A DNA stretch of 64,000 nt from an uncultured Candidatus Saccharibacteria bacterium (GTDB lineage: Bacteria > Patescibacteriota > WWE3 > 2-01-FULL-39-13): the NCBI GenBank assembly GCA_965230915.1, contig OZ246395.1, forward strand, positions 792,935-856,934, read 5' to 3'. Both the position numbers and the translations under genes were made by a program. Below the pieces are notes generated by a model. The model saw nothing but the letters and a program-made list of their open reading frames with translations. It did not search any database and was not told the origin of the DNA. Below are positions 20,054 to 28,937 of the stretch, one piece after another; positions within the stretch are counted from its first letter, which is position 1; each line of letters starts with the position of its first letter.

Positions 20054-20289
20054 TATTTTTGTTTGTGTTCGTCATATGAAATCTGCCTTTTCTCAAGAGC
20101 CGTAGCTAAGAGAGTAACAGCGTCATATTATTTGAAAGTGCTTCCTTAAAAGCTAATTTTAAGGAGCTTTAGGCCAACAAGTTAAACTTCTTGGCTCTTT
20201 AGGAATGCCCTTTTTAGACCTCCCGAAAGATGCTCGAATTATACTATAGGACTCGTAAATTGTCAATGGGGGCAAGGGTTTTCTAGCTT

Positions 20290-21594
20290 TTAGGACTTTA
20301 GCTTACCATTAATAGCAGTCATGGTATGTCGGCTATTGTGGCCAATTCCTTTGGCTTGAACCATCGATATTTTTTCGCCAGTAAAGGAGTCATTTGGCTG
20401 ATCTAAAGACATGGCTGTTGGGTAGCTATGTCCAGTTAAGCCAGGATTACTCCATACTGCAGACAGGGGTTGCGGATATTTTATAACAAGTTCACCTTCA
20501 CTCCAAGAGATTCCGTCAGCAGATTTAGAAGCGCAAACTCCTACGTTGGTTTGGAAGGTAGAAATAAACTCACCACGCTTAGTGTTGTAACTAATTCCCG
20601 GCAAGGCGGCATAACCTGCGCCAGGTATAGATGCGGGAGGAGTTATTACTGGCTGCAGATCTGGGGTTTCCCCGGGCTGCATAACTTTAAATCCATCTTT
20701 TGTGTAATGTTCTAATGCTCCAATCGTGTTTCCAATTAATGGCAACCTGGCCATGAAAATTTGATCAACAGTGTTAAATTTAGCTTTTGATTCTTGAGGA
20801 ATCCACTCGATGTAATAAAGCAAAATTTGTTCTTGGCCTGTATTTGAATCTTGAACTTTTATTGCGTGCGGCTGACCCGCTCCTGTAACTTCTCGACCTG
20901 GTTGTGAATGTTCACGTCCAGTAATTAATTGGCCCATCGGCTGGAATGTTTTTCCGTTTTGAGATTGGGCTAGACCAACTGAAGCAGTGAACCCAGCTCC
21001 GTTGCCAGGATTGATATGCTGCTCGTTGTGAGTAAAGCCAAGGTAGCCTCCATTAAACTCAACAACTGAAGTTACTGCACAATATCCGTTTCGATAAGTT
21101 TCGTTTGGATCTCTAGTAATTGCAGGTACAATTGCATTTTGTTCATTAGTTTCTGGTCTAAAACCTTTTTTTGAGTCCCATAGATATGGGAACGATCCTT
21201 GAATGCCAGACATAATTCCTGAAACAAACATGCGTTTTGTTTCGCCATCTTCTGCTGTTATAAATGGAACATGACCATCGGGGGTCCATTCCATTCCGGG
21301 CGTGGCTAGTGCGCGTTCACCGTGTTCAAATTCAAAAAAACTATTTTCGGGAAATTCCAATTCTGTTTCTTGTGCAAGAAATTGTTCGAAAGGTTGTTGT
21401 GGTTCAATCGCGACTTCGGCATCTTGCACAGCCGCTTCTGGTTGATTTTGAGATGACCCAAGCGTAGCTGCTGCCAACGTTGCAACAGCGGTTCTTCCGG
21501 CAAGTTTTAAGAAATCACGTCGTGAATAATTTGGCTCTGGATTTGGGTTTATGGTGTTTATCTGATTATTTTCGTTTTCGTTAGGTTCAACCAT
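20290..21594 (-). CDS. Tat-signal exported protein, paralog 1 of 2 (possible beta-propeller glycosidase-like, unverified)
   Basis: 434 aa with an RRDFLK twin-arginine motif. It is clearly paralogous to 21608..22870 (shared VSGI..G.QGS.PY.W, TGAGQP.AIKV and E..G..WS). Codon usage is native-like. Confidence 0.5.
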   Translation of the reverse strand: MVEPNENENNQINTINPNPEPNYSRRDFLKLAGRTAVATLAAATLGSSQNQPEAAVQDAEVAIEPQQPFEQFLAQETELEFPENSFFEFEHGERALATPGMEWTPDGHVPFITAEDGETKRMFVSGIMSGIQGSFPYLWDSKKGFRPETNEQNAIVPAITRDPNETYRNGYCAVTSVVEFNGGYLGFTHNEQHINPGNGAGFTASVGLAQSQNGKTFQPMGQLITGREHSQPGREVTGAGQPHAIKVQDSNTGQEQILLYYIEWIPQESKAKFNTVDQIFMARLPLIGNTIGALEHYTKDGFKVMQPGETPDLQPVITPPASIPGAGYAALPGISYNTKRGEFISTFQTNVGVCASKSADGISWSEGELVIKYPQPLSAVWSNPGLTGHSYPTAMSLDQPNDSFTGEKISMVQAKGIGHNSRHTMTAINGKLKS

Positions 21595-21607
21595 CTTAAG
21601 AATTATA

Positions 21608-22870
21608 CTAGCCTTTTGTTTTTAGTTTTAGAGCAACCATAGAATGTTGTCTGGCTTGGCCTATTCCGCGAGCCATAAGCATTGTTAAATTTTCACCGGT
21701 AAAATTATCATTAACCTTTGAAAAATCTACTAACGAAGGGTAGCTATAACTTGAGTTCGCAGGGTTTTGCCATACTTCTGAAAGTGGAACTGGATATTTG
21801 ATAATAAGTTCAGCTGAACTCCAATCAAGACCATTTTCAGATTCCGTAGCACAAACTCCAAGATCTGTTTCAAATATAGCTAAAAGTTTTTGACGTTTAG
21901 TGTTGAATGTAACTCCAGCTAAAGCTGAATAATTTGCATTCGCAAGATTTCTTGGATAAATTAAGACCGGCTTAAGATTAGGCATGGCTTTCGCATTTAT
22001 TGTGTTTTTAAATCCACTTTGTGTCCAGCTTTCAACTGCACCTAGTCCATTATTTTGTAATTCTAATTTCGTTAAGTAAATTTCATTTGGAGTAAATTGA
22101 TCTCTCGGGAGCCATTCAGTGTAATAAATATATGCATAGTTTTTGCCAGTATTACGATCTGTAACTTTAATTGCACAAGGCTGACCTGCCCCAGTAACCT
22201 GTCCACCTGGGTAAAGAGTTCGTCTACCTAAAATAGGTGACCCAGCTGCGCGCTCAAATGTTAAACCTCCATCTTTTGAAACGACAATACCAACCGATGC
22301 CCGAAAACCTGCGCCATTTTGAGAAGCCACCCATTCTTCGTCATGAGTAAATCCGAGCAAACCATAATTAGTTTTAATAACTGAAGTTAGCCCCGAATAT
22401 CCATTTCGATAATATTGAGTGTAATCTGATTGATTTCTAGACACACTTGGAGCAAAGCCATTCGGTCCGATATATCTATTAAGACCTTCTGATGGCGACC
22501 AAGTATATGGATAAGAACCTTGAACTCCATTAACAATTCCGGAAACCCACATTAATTTTGAGCCATCGCTTTGTGTAATAAATGGAATTCGCCCATCTGG
22601 GTACCATCCCATTTGTGGCAAATCGACACGGTATTCGGTTTGTTCAAAATCAAAGTAGCTGTTTTCTTGAAATTCTAATTGGGTTTCTTGTTGGGGATAA
22701 AGCTCAAATGGAAATTGAGTTATTTCTTCTTCGTATGACTGTTGCTTATCTAAACCAAATGGAGCAATTAAAGCTGCCCTATGGGACTGATCGGTTAAAG
22801 CTCGAAATGTGTGGCCTAGAAATTCTCGTCTTGATAATTTTATTTCGTTTAAATCGGGTAGTTCTTCCAT
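21608..22870 (-). CDS. Tat-signal exported protein, paralog 2 of 2
   Basis: 420 aa with an SRREFLG motif, colinear with 20290..21594. Confidence 0.5.
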   Translation of the reverse strand: MEELPDLNEIKLSRREFLGHTFRALTDQSHRAALIAPFGLDKQQSYEEEITQFPFELYPQQETQLEFQENSYFDFEQTEYRVDLPQMGWYPDGRIPFITQSDGSKLMWVSGIVNGVQGSYPYTWSPSEGLNRYIGPNGFAPSVSRNQSDYTQYYRNGYSGLTSVIKTNYGLLGFTHDEEWVASQNGAGFRASVGIVVSKDGGLTFERAAGSPILGRRTLYPGGQVTGAGQPCAIKVTDRNTGKNYAYIYYTEWLPRDQFTPNEIYLTKLELQNNGLGAVESWTQSGFKNTINAKAMPNLKPVLIYPRNLANANYSALAGVTFNTKRQKLLAIFETDLGVCATESENGLDWSSAELIIKYPVPLSEVWQNPANSSYSYPSLVDFSKVNDNFTGENLTMLMARGIGQARQHSMVALKLKTKG

Positions 22871-22954
22871 ATTTATGGTTTAGCAGGGTTTTATTTAGAA
22901 TTCTAATTTTAAGGTTTCGATTATTTTTGAAATCCAAATCTTAAAGATAGAATG

Positions 22955-23030
22955 CCCGGGCGGAGAAAGTTGAAAAAGTTTTGATATGCTAAAAAACGCA
23001 TGTCTAGTTTTTCCAAAATTCTCGCCCGGA
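22955..23030. terminator. Composite hairpin (CCCGGGCGGAGAA / TTCTCGCCCGG) enclosing GATATGCT-A6-CGCATGTC, 23 nt after the stop of the 23053 gene
   Basis: Seen in the sequence. The minus strand is U-rich after the stem. Confidence 0.45.
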
Positions 23031-23052
23031 CGGCATCTATGGTTGTACTACG

Positions 23053-23730
23053 TTATGGGTGAGGGATGACGACTATCGTCGAGATCACTTGGACGGATCC
23101 GTCTTGCAACGCAACCGTTGTCGTGATCGGGAAAGTCCCACCCTTCCAATCGAAATCGTGAGGCACGTAGCGATCGTTCGCCGCATAGTCAAACAAATAC
23201 GGATCTGATCCATCACCCCAATCAATCGAATGGCCTTGCAGAGCAACATCGTTCGTCTGAATGTGCAGGACAACCTGGTTATAGGTCGCACCAACAGTCG
23301 GCGTAACGGTGAAGCTGGGATACACTTCGTACGGCTCATCGACAACGATGTTAGATGTGCCGTTAGCGGTCATGGTGTAGTAGCGAACGCTGCCACAGCC
23401 CTTTTCACCCACACAACCGGTTGCCAACATCTTGTTGATCGCCGCCTTGATATTCGACTTCTGCAAGTCGTACGGAAGCCAGCTAAAGCCATAGGTTTTT
23501 TGACCAATGGTTGGCGCCGATGGGCAAGCAAGCACCTCGATAACCTGGCCCGTATTGGCGTCGTCATCTAGGGTCACAGTTTGAGCACCGTTCGCATAGG
23601 CACACGAAAGACTTACGTCTCCCGCGTAAAAATGCGAGGCGGTTTGCGCCTTGACGGGATAAGCCGAAAACAAGACTGCAACCAACGCAACGACTGCAAA
23701 ACCGAACTGCGAAATCAATTTGCGAAACAT
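23053..23730 (-). CDS. Secreted protein with a PKD-like C-terminal domain (WGDGS...HDFDW..G.F.ITTTV)
   Basis: 225 aa with a signal peptide. The region looks GC-rich (~50% by eye) and the 13 terminal codons have 8 G/C third positions. Confidence 0.5.
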   Translation of the reverse strand: MFRKLISQFGFAVVALVAVLFSAYPVKAQTASHFYAGDVSLSCAYANGAQTVTLDDDANTGQVIEVLACPSAPTIGQKTYGFSWLPYDLQKSNIKAAINKMLATGCVGEKGCGSVRYYTMTANGTSNIVVDEPYEVYPSFTVTPTVGATYNQVVLHIQTNDVALQGHSIDWGDGSDPYLFDYAANDRYVPHDFDWKGGTFPITTTVALQDGSVQVISTIVVIPHP

Positions 23731-23926
23731 TGTAGTAAATCCTCTCTTGAAATGGTTTTAGACAAAACAGTACTGCATAAAAACCTCCATATAATGAAGC
23801 TCTTAACGCAGACTGCTTTGACCCACTTAAAAAAGTATCCATAGATATTTAATGTGCGAATATCCAATGAACGATTTGCTCTTTGGATAGTTTAAATTTC
23901 CCTGATATACAGCGAAACTTGAACTA

Positions 23927-24000
23927 CTACCTCAGGATTGTTGTTTTTTCTTATGCTCGCGCATATGAGAAGCTTTAGGCTTCCAACAACCCTGAGGGTA
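23927..24000. terminator. Composite hairpin (CCTCAGGATTGTTG / CAACAACCCTGAGG) enclosing a TTATGCTCGCGCATATGAG inner palindrome and a GAAGC-TTTAG-GCTTC mini-hairpin
   Basis: 11 nt after the stop of gene 24009..25715. Seen in the sequence. Confidence 0.45.
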
Positions 24001-24008
24001 AACCATAT

Positions 24009-25715
24009 TTAGTTGTTAACTACAGCCAAAGGCAGAAAGACGTAGTCTTTCGGCTGATTGGGCTTGAAATTCGGATCGACAACCTGCAGCATAACGCCGC
24101 ATTGCACGTCTCCTGCGGGAGATGTGATTGTGATGTTTGGCGCGTAAGCGGCCTTGCCAGTGTTCGTATCCCACGAGTAATCATGCGTGACGACTCCGTA
24201 ATCAATGCTGCCATTGATGGTCTCGATACGATACGGATCGCCCTGTCCGAAGTTGAGATAATGACTCACTTTCGAACCCTGCATAAGCTGATAGGCGTTG
24301 GCCCATTCGAGCTTGAACTGGAACCGATTAAACGGGTCACCTTCAAGGTGGCGGGCTTCCAACTTGCAAGTCGGCTCAGGCAACTCTTCGTCCATAACGA
24401 CTGCGACTTCACAATTGCGACCCGTGGTCTCGGCGACGATAAACAGCGTCGAGGTATAAACCTTGCCAGGTTCATACGGGTAGGTAAATGTGAAGCTACC
24501 TGTGCCACTGATGGCCGAGGTGATCGTGATGAACTTTGGATCGATCATGCTCTGACCGGAATACAGACTGTGATAATCGGCATCGGGCGAAGCGCCATCC
24601 CAAGAGTAGTCGAAGCGATACGTGACCGGGTCGATCTTTTGGGAAGTCATCGTGCATGTCGCGGGGCTTTCGGTGTCGACGCTTACGACAACCGACTCAT
24701 TCGATTCAACCGGATAAGGGCTGAACCAACTACGCGAAAACACTGTTACTGTTTGGACATCCTGCTTGTTAATACGGAAAGAGACATTGCGTGTTCCAGG
24801 CGTACAAGACAAACCTGTGACCGGCGCGCTCATCGGTTGGGGCTGGCACTCTGATGGATAATCGCTGAATGGCATTCCGCCTGCTGTTATCAGCATTGAG
24901 TTTGCGCCTTCAGGGGCCATCACGGTGACATTGACCAAATCCATGTAGCGGTAAGAACCGGCTTGAACCTGAATGACTGGCTTCGGCACTCGGCACTTTG
25001 GCGCGAGAATGTCTTGCGTCCAAACCACTGTGTTCGTTGAGTCCGAAATCGTTAAGGTGGTTGTTACTAACCCCGTCTCGATAAAATAGGCCTCAACATA
25101 GTTGCCAAACATATTCCCTTCTTCGGGTCCGTCCAACTGCCACTGAAAAATGCCTTGGTGGTTGCCCGCCAGGCCGTTGCAATTGGTGTTGACGAAAGCC
25201 GTATACACGCCAGTGTCGCGAATCTGATATTCCCAGTCCCATTGTGTGGAACTGTTCTGGATCGGATTCACGCCGACGTAAAACGGGGGCCGCACGTCGA
25301 TAGTCACGGGGAAGGTGTAATCCAATCCACCGAAATTATCGTAGTTTAGCCCAGCCTGATATAACGTAAGACCCGCGCCGTAAGCATAGCCGTGAGTAAA
25401 CTGCGGGCTGTCGCCATCGGTGTTCAGATACACGTCAAAAAAGGCTCCATCGCCGAACTCAAAGTTGTGGTATCCAGCTTCAGGAATGGGAGGACAATCC
25501 AATTCCCAACGGAAAACGTTGGGTTCTTGAATGACCTCTTGGTTGTTCACGCATTCGACCCCAGCGGCCTTAGCCGCAAACGGAATGCAAAAAGCGCCAA
25601 ACAAACCTGCTGCAAAAACCAACATCTTGATCAAATTGCGATACATCAGAATCTCTCTTTCTTCATACATTGTTAACAAAATTGGCCGAGCTAAATCTTC
25701 AATATAAAGATCCAA
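24009..25715 (-). CDS. Secreted multi-domain protein with PKD-like repeats
   Basis: The true start is probably the internal Met near 25643 (MYRNLIKMLVFAAG..., a signal peptide preceded by AAAGAGAGA). Its C-terminal domain (CKLEARHLEGDPFN...FGQGD...THDYSWD) is homologous to the C-terminal domain of 27825..28937. Confidence 0.5.
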   Translation of the reverse strand: MDLYIEDLARPILLTMYEEREILMYRNLIKMLVFAAGLFGAFCIPFAAKAAGVECVNNQEVIQEPNVFRWELDCPPIPEAGYHNFEFGDGAFFDVYLNTDGDSPQFTHGYAYGAGLTLYQAGLNYDNFGGLDYTFPVTIDVRPPFYVGVNPIQNSSTQWDWEYQIRDTGVYTAFVNTNCNGLAGNHQGIFQWQLDGPEEGNMFGNYVEAYFIETGLVTTTLTISDSTNTVVWTQDILAPKCRVPKPVIQVQAGSYRYMDLVNVTVMAPEGANSMLITAGGMPFSDYPSECQPQPMSAPVTGLSCTPGTRNVSFRINKQDVQTVTVFSRSWFSPYPVESNESVVVSVDTESPATCTMTSQKIDPVTYRFDYSWDGASPDADYHSLYSGQSMIDPKFITITSAISGTGSFTFTYPYEPGKVYTSTLFIVAETTGRNCEVAVVMDEELPEPTCKLEARHLEGDPFNRFQFKLEWANAYQLMQGSKVSHYLNFGQGDPYRIETINGSIDYGVVTHDYSWDTNTGKAAYAPNITITSPAGDVQCGVMLQVVDPNFKPNQPKDYVFLPLAVVNN

Positions 25716-25875
25716 GTCTTATTTCGACCAATTTTAAATATGGTGCATGTCAAAAACTGAACGCTAGTTTCTGCAAAAGAAAATTTGTTCTAGTTTTCGA
25801 TCATTATTTAAATGTTCTTTTCTATTCAACTTTTATAGATCACCTGATTGTTAACCTGTAAAAATTGAAAAGCTT

Positions 25876-25948
25876 GTCCGGTGGAGTTGATTGTGTTTGA
25901 TATGCTTGCGCATAAAAGTCGAAAATCGACCAATCAACCCCTCCGGAC
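25876..25948. terminator. Long-stem terminator (18-bp arms GTCCGGTGGAGTTGATTG / CAATCAACCCCTCCGGAC) enclosing TTGATATGCTTGCGCATAAAAG and a GTCGA-AAA-TCGAC mini-hairpin
   Basis: 10 nt after the stop of 25962..27185. Minus-strand AAGCUUUUCAAUUUUU follows. Confidence 0.55.
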
Positions 25949-25961
25949 TGTGTGCATTTAG

Positions 25962-27185
25962 CTAGTTGCGCTTGAACGTTGCTCCATACGGGGCGTAAAT
26001 TAGCTGCCCTGTCGGAACTGCAACATTCAGGTCTCCACCATGGTGGAACTCGTTTTCGGTAAAGATCCCGTCGGCGCTGACATACAAGTCAGAATTCGAA
26101 AGAAGATTCTCATTCGTCTTGCATACCGTTCCGGCTGCCATGAACGGACCGCCAATGAAATCGGCACAGTTCAAAGGGTTCCCTTCGAAAGTGAAGATCA
26201 CGGCGGGGCCGGATTCTACCGCTGCTTGCGGAATGAACGTCTTTACCTTTGGCGCGGTTGGCGTCGCACTTGGTGTCGGCGTCGCGCTCGGGGCGGGAGT
26301 CTGCGTAGCAGGCTCATGCTCGATAACGAAGCTTGCACCATATGGCGCGTAAACCCAAACCGGACCTGAGAATTCTCCACCCTTCGAGTGAAATTCGTCT
26401 TCGAAGAAAATCTTGTCATCACTGACGTATACATCACTGTCAGTGCTGACTGTGACCCCTTCGGGAACGAAACAAACCTTACCAACCTCAAGCTGAGTCG
26501 AAACATACAAACGGCAATCGGAAGCGCCTTCCCCTTCGAACGTATAGATCGGAGTTGGCGTTGGCTCAACTGTGTTTGTAGGTTCAACCGTGCTGGTCGG
26601 TTCGACAGTCTGTGTGACGGTCGATGTCGGCTCGGGCGTCGTGCTCGGAGTAGCCGTAACAGTAACCGTTGCGGTCGCTGTCATTGTCGGAGACTCTGTC
26701 GGTACAGGCGTAGAACTCGGCGTCGGACTTTGTGTCGGGGTTTCTGTTACGGGAGGAATGTCAGTCGGTGTTACCGATGAAGTTGCTGTCGGCGTTGGCG
26801 TCGACTTGCGGTCATCAATAACAATCTGAAATGTATCCTCTAGAACAACATTCCCAGGCACCCAATCCAAACCAATGGTGTATGTAATTACCCCATTAGG
26901 CACGTAGGCGTATGCATGCTGAACGCTTGCATCACCTTCCGCATTGAATCGTAAATCCACCTTCTGACCGTCCCCAAAATATAACGTGCGGTAGTGGTCT
27001 TCTTCCTTTGTGGGGGTTGGGACCAAATTCGAACAATTAAAATTGAAGCGATACTGATTAGGTGGGACTTCCACCGGCTTTTGAACCTGACAGTCAGGGG
27101 TATTGTCCGCGGCGGATGCCGTGGCATAACCACCAAATACTGCAGATAAAACCAATGCGCTTGTAATCAAAGCCTTGCGTAACAT
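25962..27185 (-). CDS. Secreted protein with a PKD-like N-domain, a Thr/Pro-rich linker and two tandem ~80-aa C-terminal repeats
   Basis: 407 aa with a signal peptide and YFGDG...HAYAY. Internal repeat: IYTFEGEG...VYAPYGASF versus IFTFEGNP...IYAPYGATF. SD GAAGGAGAG. Confidence 0.55.
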   Translation of the reverse strand: MLRKALITSALVLSAVFGGYATASAADNTPDCQVQKPVEVPPNQYRFNFNCSNLVPTPTKEEDHYRTLYFGDGQKVDLRFNAEGDASVQHAYAYVPNGVITYTIGLDWVPGNVVLEDTFQIVIDDRKSTPTPTATSSVTPTDIPPVTETPTQSPTPSSTPVPTESPTMTATATVTVTATPSTTPEPTSTVTQTVEPTSTVEPTNTVEPTPTPIYTFEGEGASDCRLYVSTQLEVGKVCFVPEGVTVSTDSDVYVSDDKIFFEDEFHSKGGEFSGPVWVYAPYGASFVIEHEPATQTPAPSATPTPSATPTAPKVKTFIPQAAVESGPAVIFTFEGNPLNCADFIGGPFMAAGTVCKTNENLLSNSDLYVSADGIFTENEFHHGGDLNVAVPTGQLIYAPYGATFKRN

Positions 27186-27440
27186 GATTTCTCTCCTTCA
27201 TACGATAGGCCCAAGTCGGGCATAATACATAGATAACAAAATTAGCCAAATAGAGCCTTCGCCCCGTGGACATTTGGGGATAAAAATCAAAGGCTCAACA
27301 TGGCTAACTTTGCCGTGGAGAGAATGTAGCTAAATGCACGTATGACGTGTACTTGGAAAAAGAAATCCCGCGAAGGGAAATGATTTCGCTGTACTTTCAT
27401 ACTATATTAAGGAACTCTATCTCGGGTTAATTCCTTTGAT

Positions 27441-27550
27441 AGTTGAAGAGATTCCCATCCTGCCCAGTTGGAAATCTGCTTCAATCAGCAAACGAATCAA
27501 CGAATAGTTGAAGGGTTTCTCGTCCTGCCCAGTCGAGAAACCGCTTCAAG
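27441..27550. ncRNA. Tandem pair of hairpins with an identical 11-nt loop (TCCTGCCCAGT) and covarying stems; candidate structured RNA or leader element
   Basis: Hairpin 1 (27441-27485): AGTTGAAGAGATTCC...GGAAATCTGCTTCAAT. Hairpin 2 (27506-27550): AGTTGAAGGGTTTCTCG...CGAGAAACCGCTTCAAG. The outer helix is identical, the inner helix differs with compensatory changes, and both have a bulged G at the same position. Confidence 0.5.
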
Positions 27551-27685
27551 CATCCGTCGAACGAACTGCATATTATATATTAAAAAGGAGATTTTTGGCA
27601 GGAAACATTACTGCCTATAGTTAAAAGTTAGGCAAGTAAAGAGAGTGATTAACTCGGGATCCTGTCCATGTATCCCTTTCTTAAT

Positions 27686-27735
27686 CTGGCGATATTATAC
27701 AATTTTCAAACCCCAATGTCAATTGCTATAGGGTA
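27686..27735 (-). promoter_or_regulatory. Consensus promoter TTGACA-17-TATAAT on the minus strand, with an ATACCCTATAG motif directly upstream of the -35
   Basis: -35 at 27716-27721, -10 at 27693-27698, CTATAG at 27725-27730. Transcription from here would run through the tandem hairpins toward gene 25962..27185. Confidence 0.55.
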
Positions 27736-27753
27736 TTGGTAAGCCAAAAGAAA

Positions 27754-27812
27754 AGCCCGGGCTGTTTTTGATCTTTGAGATCTAGAAGCTTTTTGGCTTC
27801 AAACAGTCCGGG
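27754..27812. terminator. Terminator of gene 27825..28937 (stem GCCCGGGCTGTTTTTG / CAAACAGTCCGGGC with a large structured loop and a minus-strand U-tract)
   Basis: 15 nt after the stop codon. Seen in the sequence. Confidence 0.55.
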
Positions 27813-27824
27813 CTAAAACATAAG

Positions 27825-28937
27825 CTAGTTGCGAGAAACTACTCTGGGAACCCACAATTCGAGCTTAGGCCTGTTGGCGGGATGATTCGGGTCAACAATG
27901 TCGACGATTGCCGTACAAACCTTTGGCCCGAAGTCGGAATCGGATGGAACCGTTAATCTCGCCGTATACTGCGCTTTACCGGTTTCTACGTCCCAGGCAT
28001 ATTCGTGCCAAAGCGGCCCGAAATCGATAGCACCTTTGGGGCCGACGTGAAGGTTTTGATCTTCTCCTCCATCGCCGTAGTTAATGGTCGCCATATCAGT
28101 CGCGGCAAACCACGTAACCTGAAATTCCCAATAATTAAATGGAGCGCCTTCTGGATGCCGCGCTTCGAGTGTGCATTCAGGTTCATCACCAGGCTGCCCA
28201 CCCCACGACGGGTCAAGAACGGTAATCTGCTTTTGGCAAATTGCTGGGTCCTGCCCTTGCCGCCCAGGAACCACAACCGTTGCGGTATATACCGAATACC
28301 CACGGAAAACATCCCACGGATAATCGTGGTAGTACTCGCCCCATTCATAATCCGCATTTGGATAACGGATTCCCTCTGCCAGATTCGGACCAGGAGTGTC
28401 ATCTCCCAAATCAAGAAATGGGACACTCCCGTAGGCATTTGTCCAACCAATCTTAAAATCAAAGTGGTTGAACTTATCGCCCTCTCGAACTTCAAATTTG
28501 CAAGTTGGCTCACCGAACGACTTCTGGGTAGTGACTATGGCCTGGCAGGTCGCCGTTTCATTCTCGCCGTACACATACATAGTCGCCGTATAAAGCGTGT
28601 TTGTGATGTACGGGTACGTGTAAGTTACGACGCCGTTCCCAGAGACCCCTGGAACCTCGTACCACGGATAGTAGTCATAAGGGTTTCCAAAGTCGATCGA
28701 GTTGTTATTGTCGGCTTTACCCCCGCTCCACGTATAGGTAAACTGGAAGCGAAAATCCTGAACATCCTTAGCGACAAGCGTGCACTTCGTTTCACTCGCC
28801 CCTGTTGATTGGGCCGCAACATCGGGCTTTTGCACACTAGCATGACTCGGGACTTGGACACAGGCAACAAGCAAAAACAGATAGCCGATTGCTGTAAACA
28901 TGCTGAACAAAAATAACCTAGCAGCACGTCTCTTCAT
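27825..28937 (-). CDS. Secreted protein with tandem PKD-like domains
   Basis: 370 aa with a signal peptide. Motifs YGDGGEDQ...HEYAWDVETGKAQYTARLTV match the PKD consensus. Paralogous to 24009..25715. Confidence 0.55.
   Translation of the reverse strand: MKRRAARLFLFSMFTAIGYLFLLVACVQVPSHASVQKPDVAAQSTGASETKCTLVAKDVQDFRFQFTYTWSGGKADNNNSIDFGNPYDYYPWYEVPGVSGNGVVTYTYPYITNTLYTATMYVYGENETATCQAIVTTQKSFGEPTCKFEVREGDKFNHFDFKIGWTNAYGSVPFLDLGDDTPGPNLAEGIRYPNADYEWGEYYHDYPWDVFRGYSVYTATVVVPGRQGQDPAICQKQITVLDPSWGGQPGDEPECTLEARHPEGAPFNYWEFQVTWFAATDMATINYGDGGEDQNLHVGPKGAIDFGPLWHEYAWDVETGKAQYTARLTVPSDSDFGPKVCTAIVDIVDPNHPANRPKLELWVPRVVSRN

Noticed and set aside
24102-24854. Long antisense ORFs in the GC-rich block (for example 24102..24854 at 250 aa and 28005..28808 at 267 aa), and many other overlapping track ORFs such as 1201..1851, 2163..2543, 4600..4959, 18838..19143 and 26388..26780
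   Set aside because: They lie entirely inside, and antisense to, well-supported genes. GC-rich sequence is depleted in stop codons, which explains their length. Their translations are low-complexity (Arg/Cys-rich) and lack start-site signals.
26500-26800. Nucleotide-level tandem repeats in the Thr/Pro linker of 25962..27185 and the PxTATxQxVAA repeats of 18772..19905, as possible contingency loci
   Set aside because: The repeats are short and imperfect, and they encode ordinary flexible linkers. There is no homopolymer or perfect microsatellite to suggest slipped-strand phase variation.
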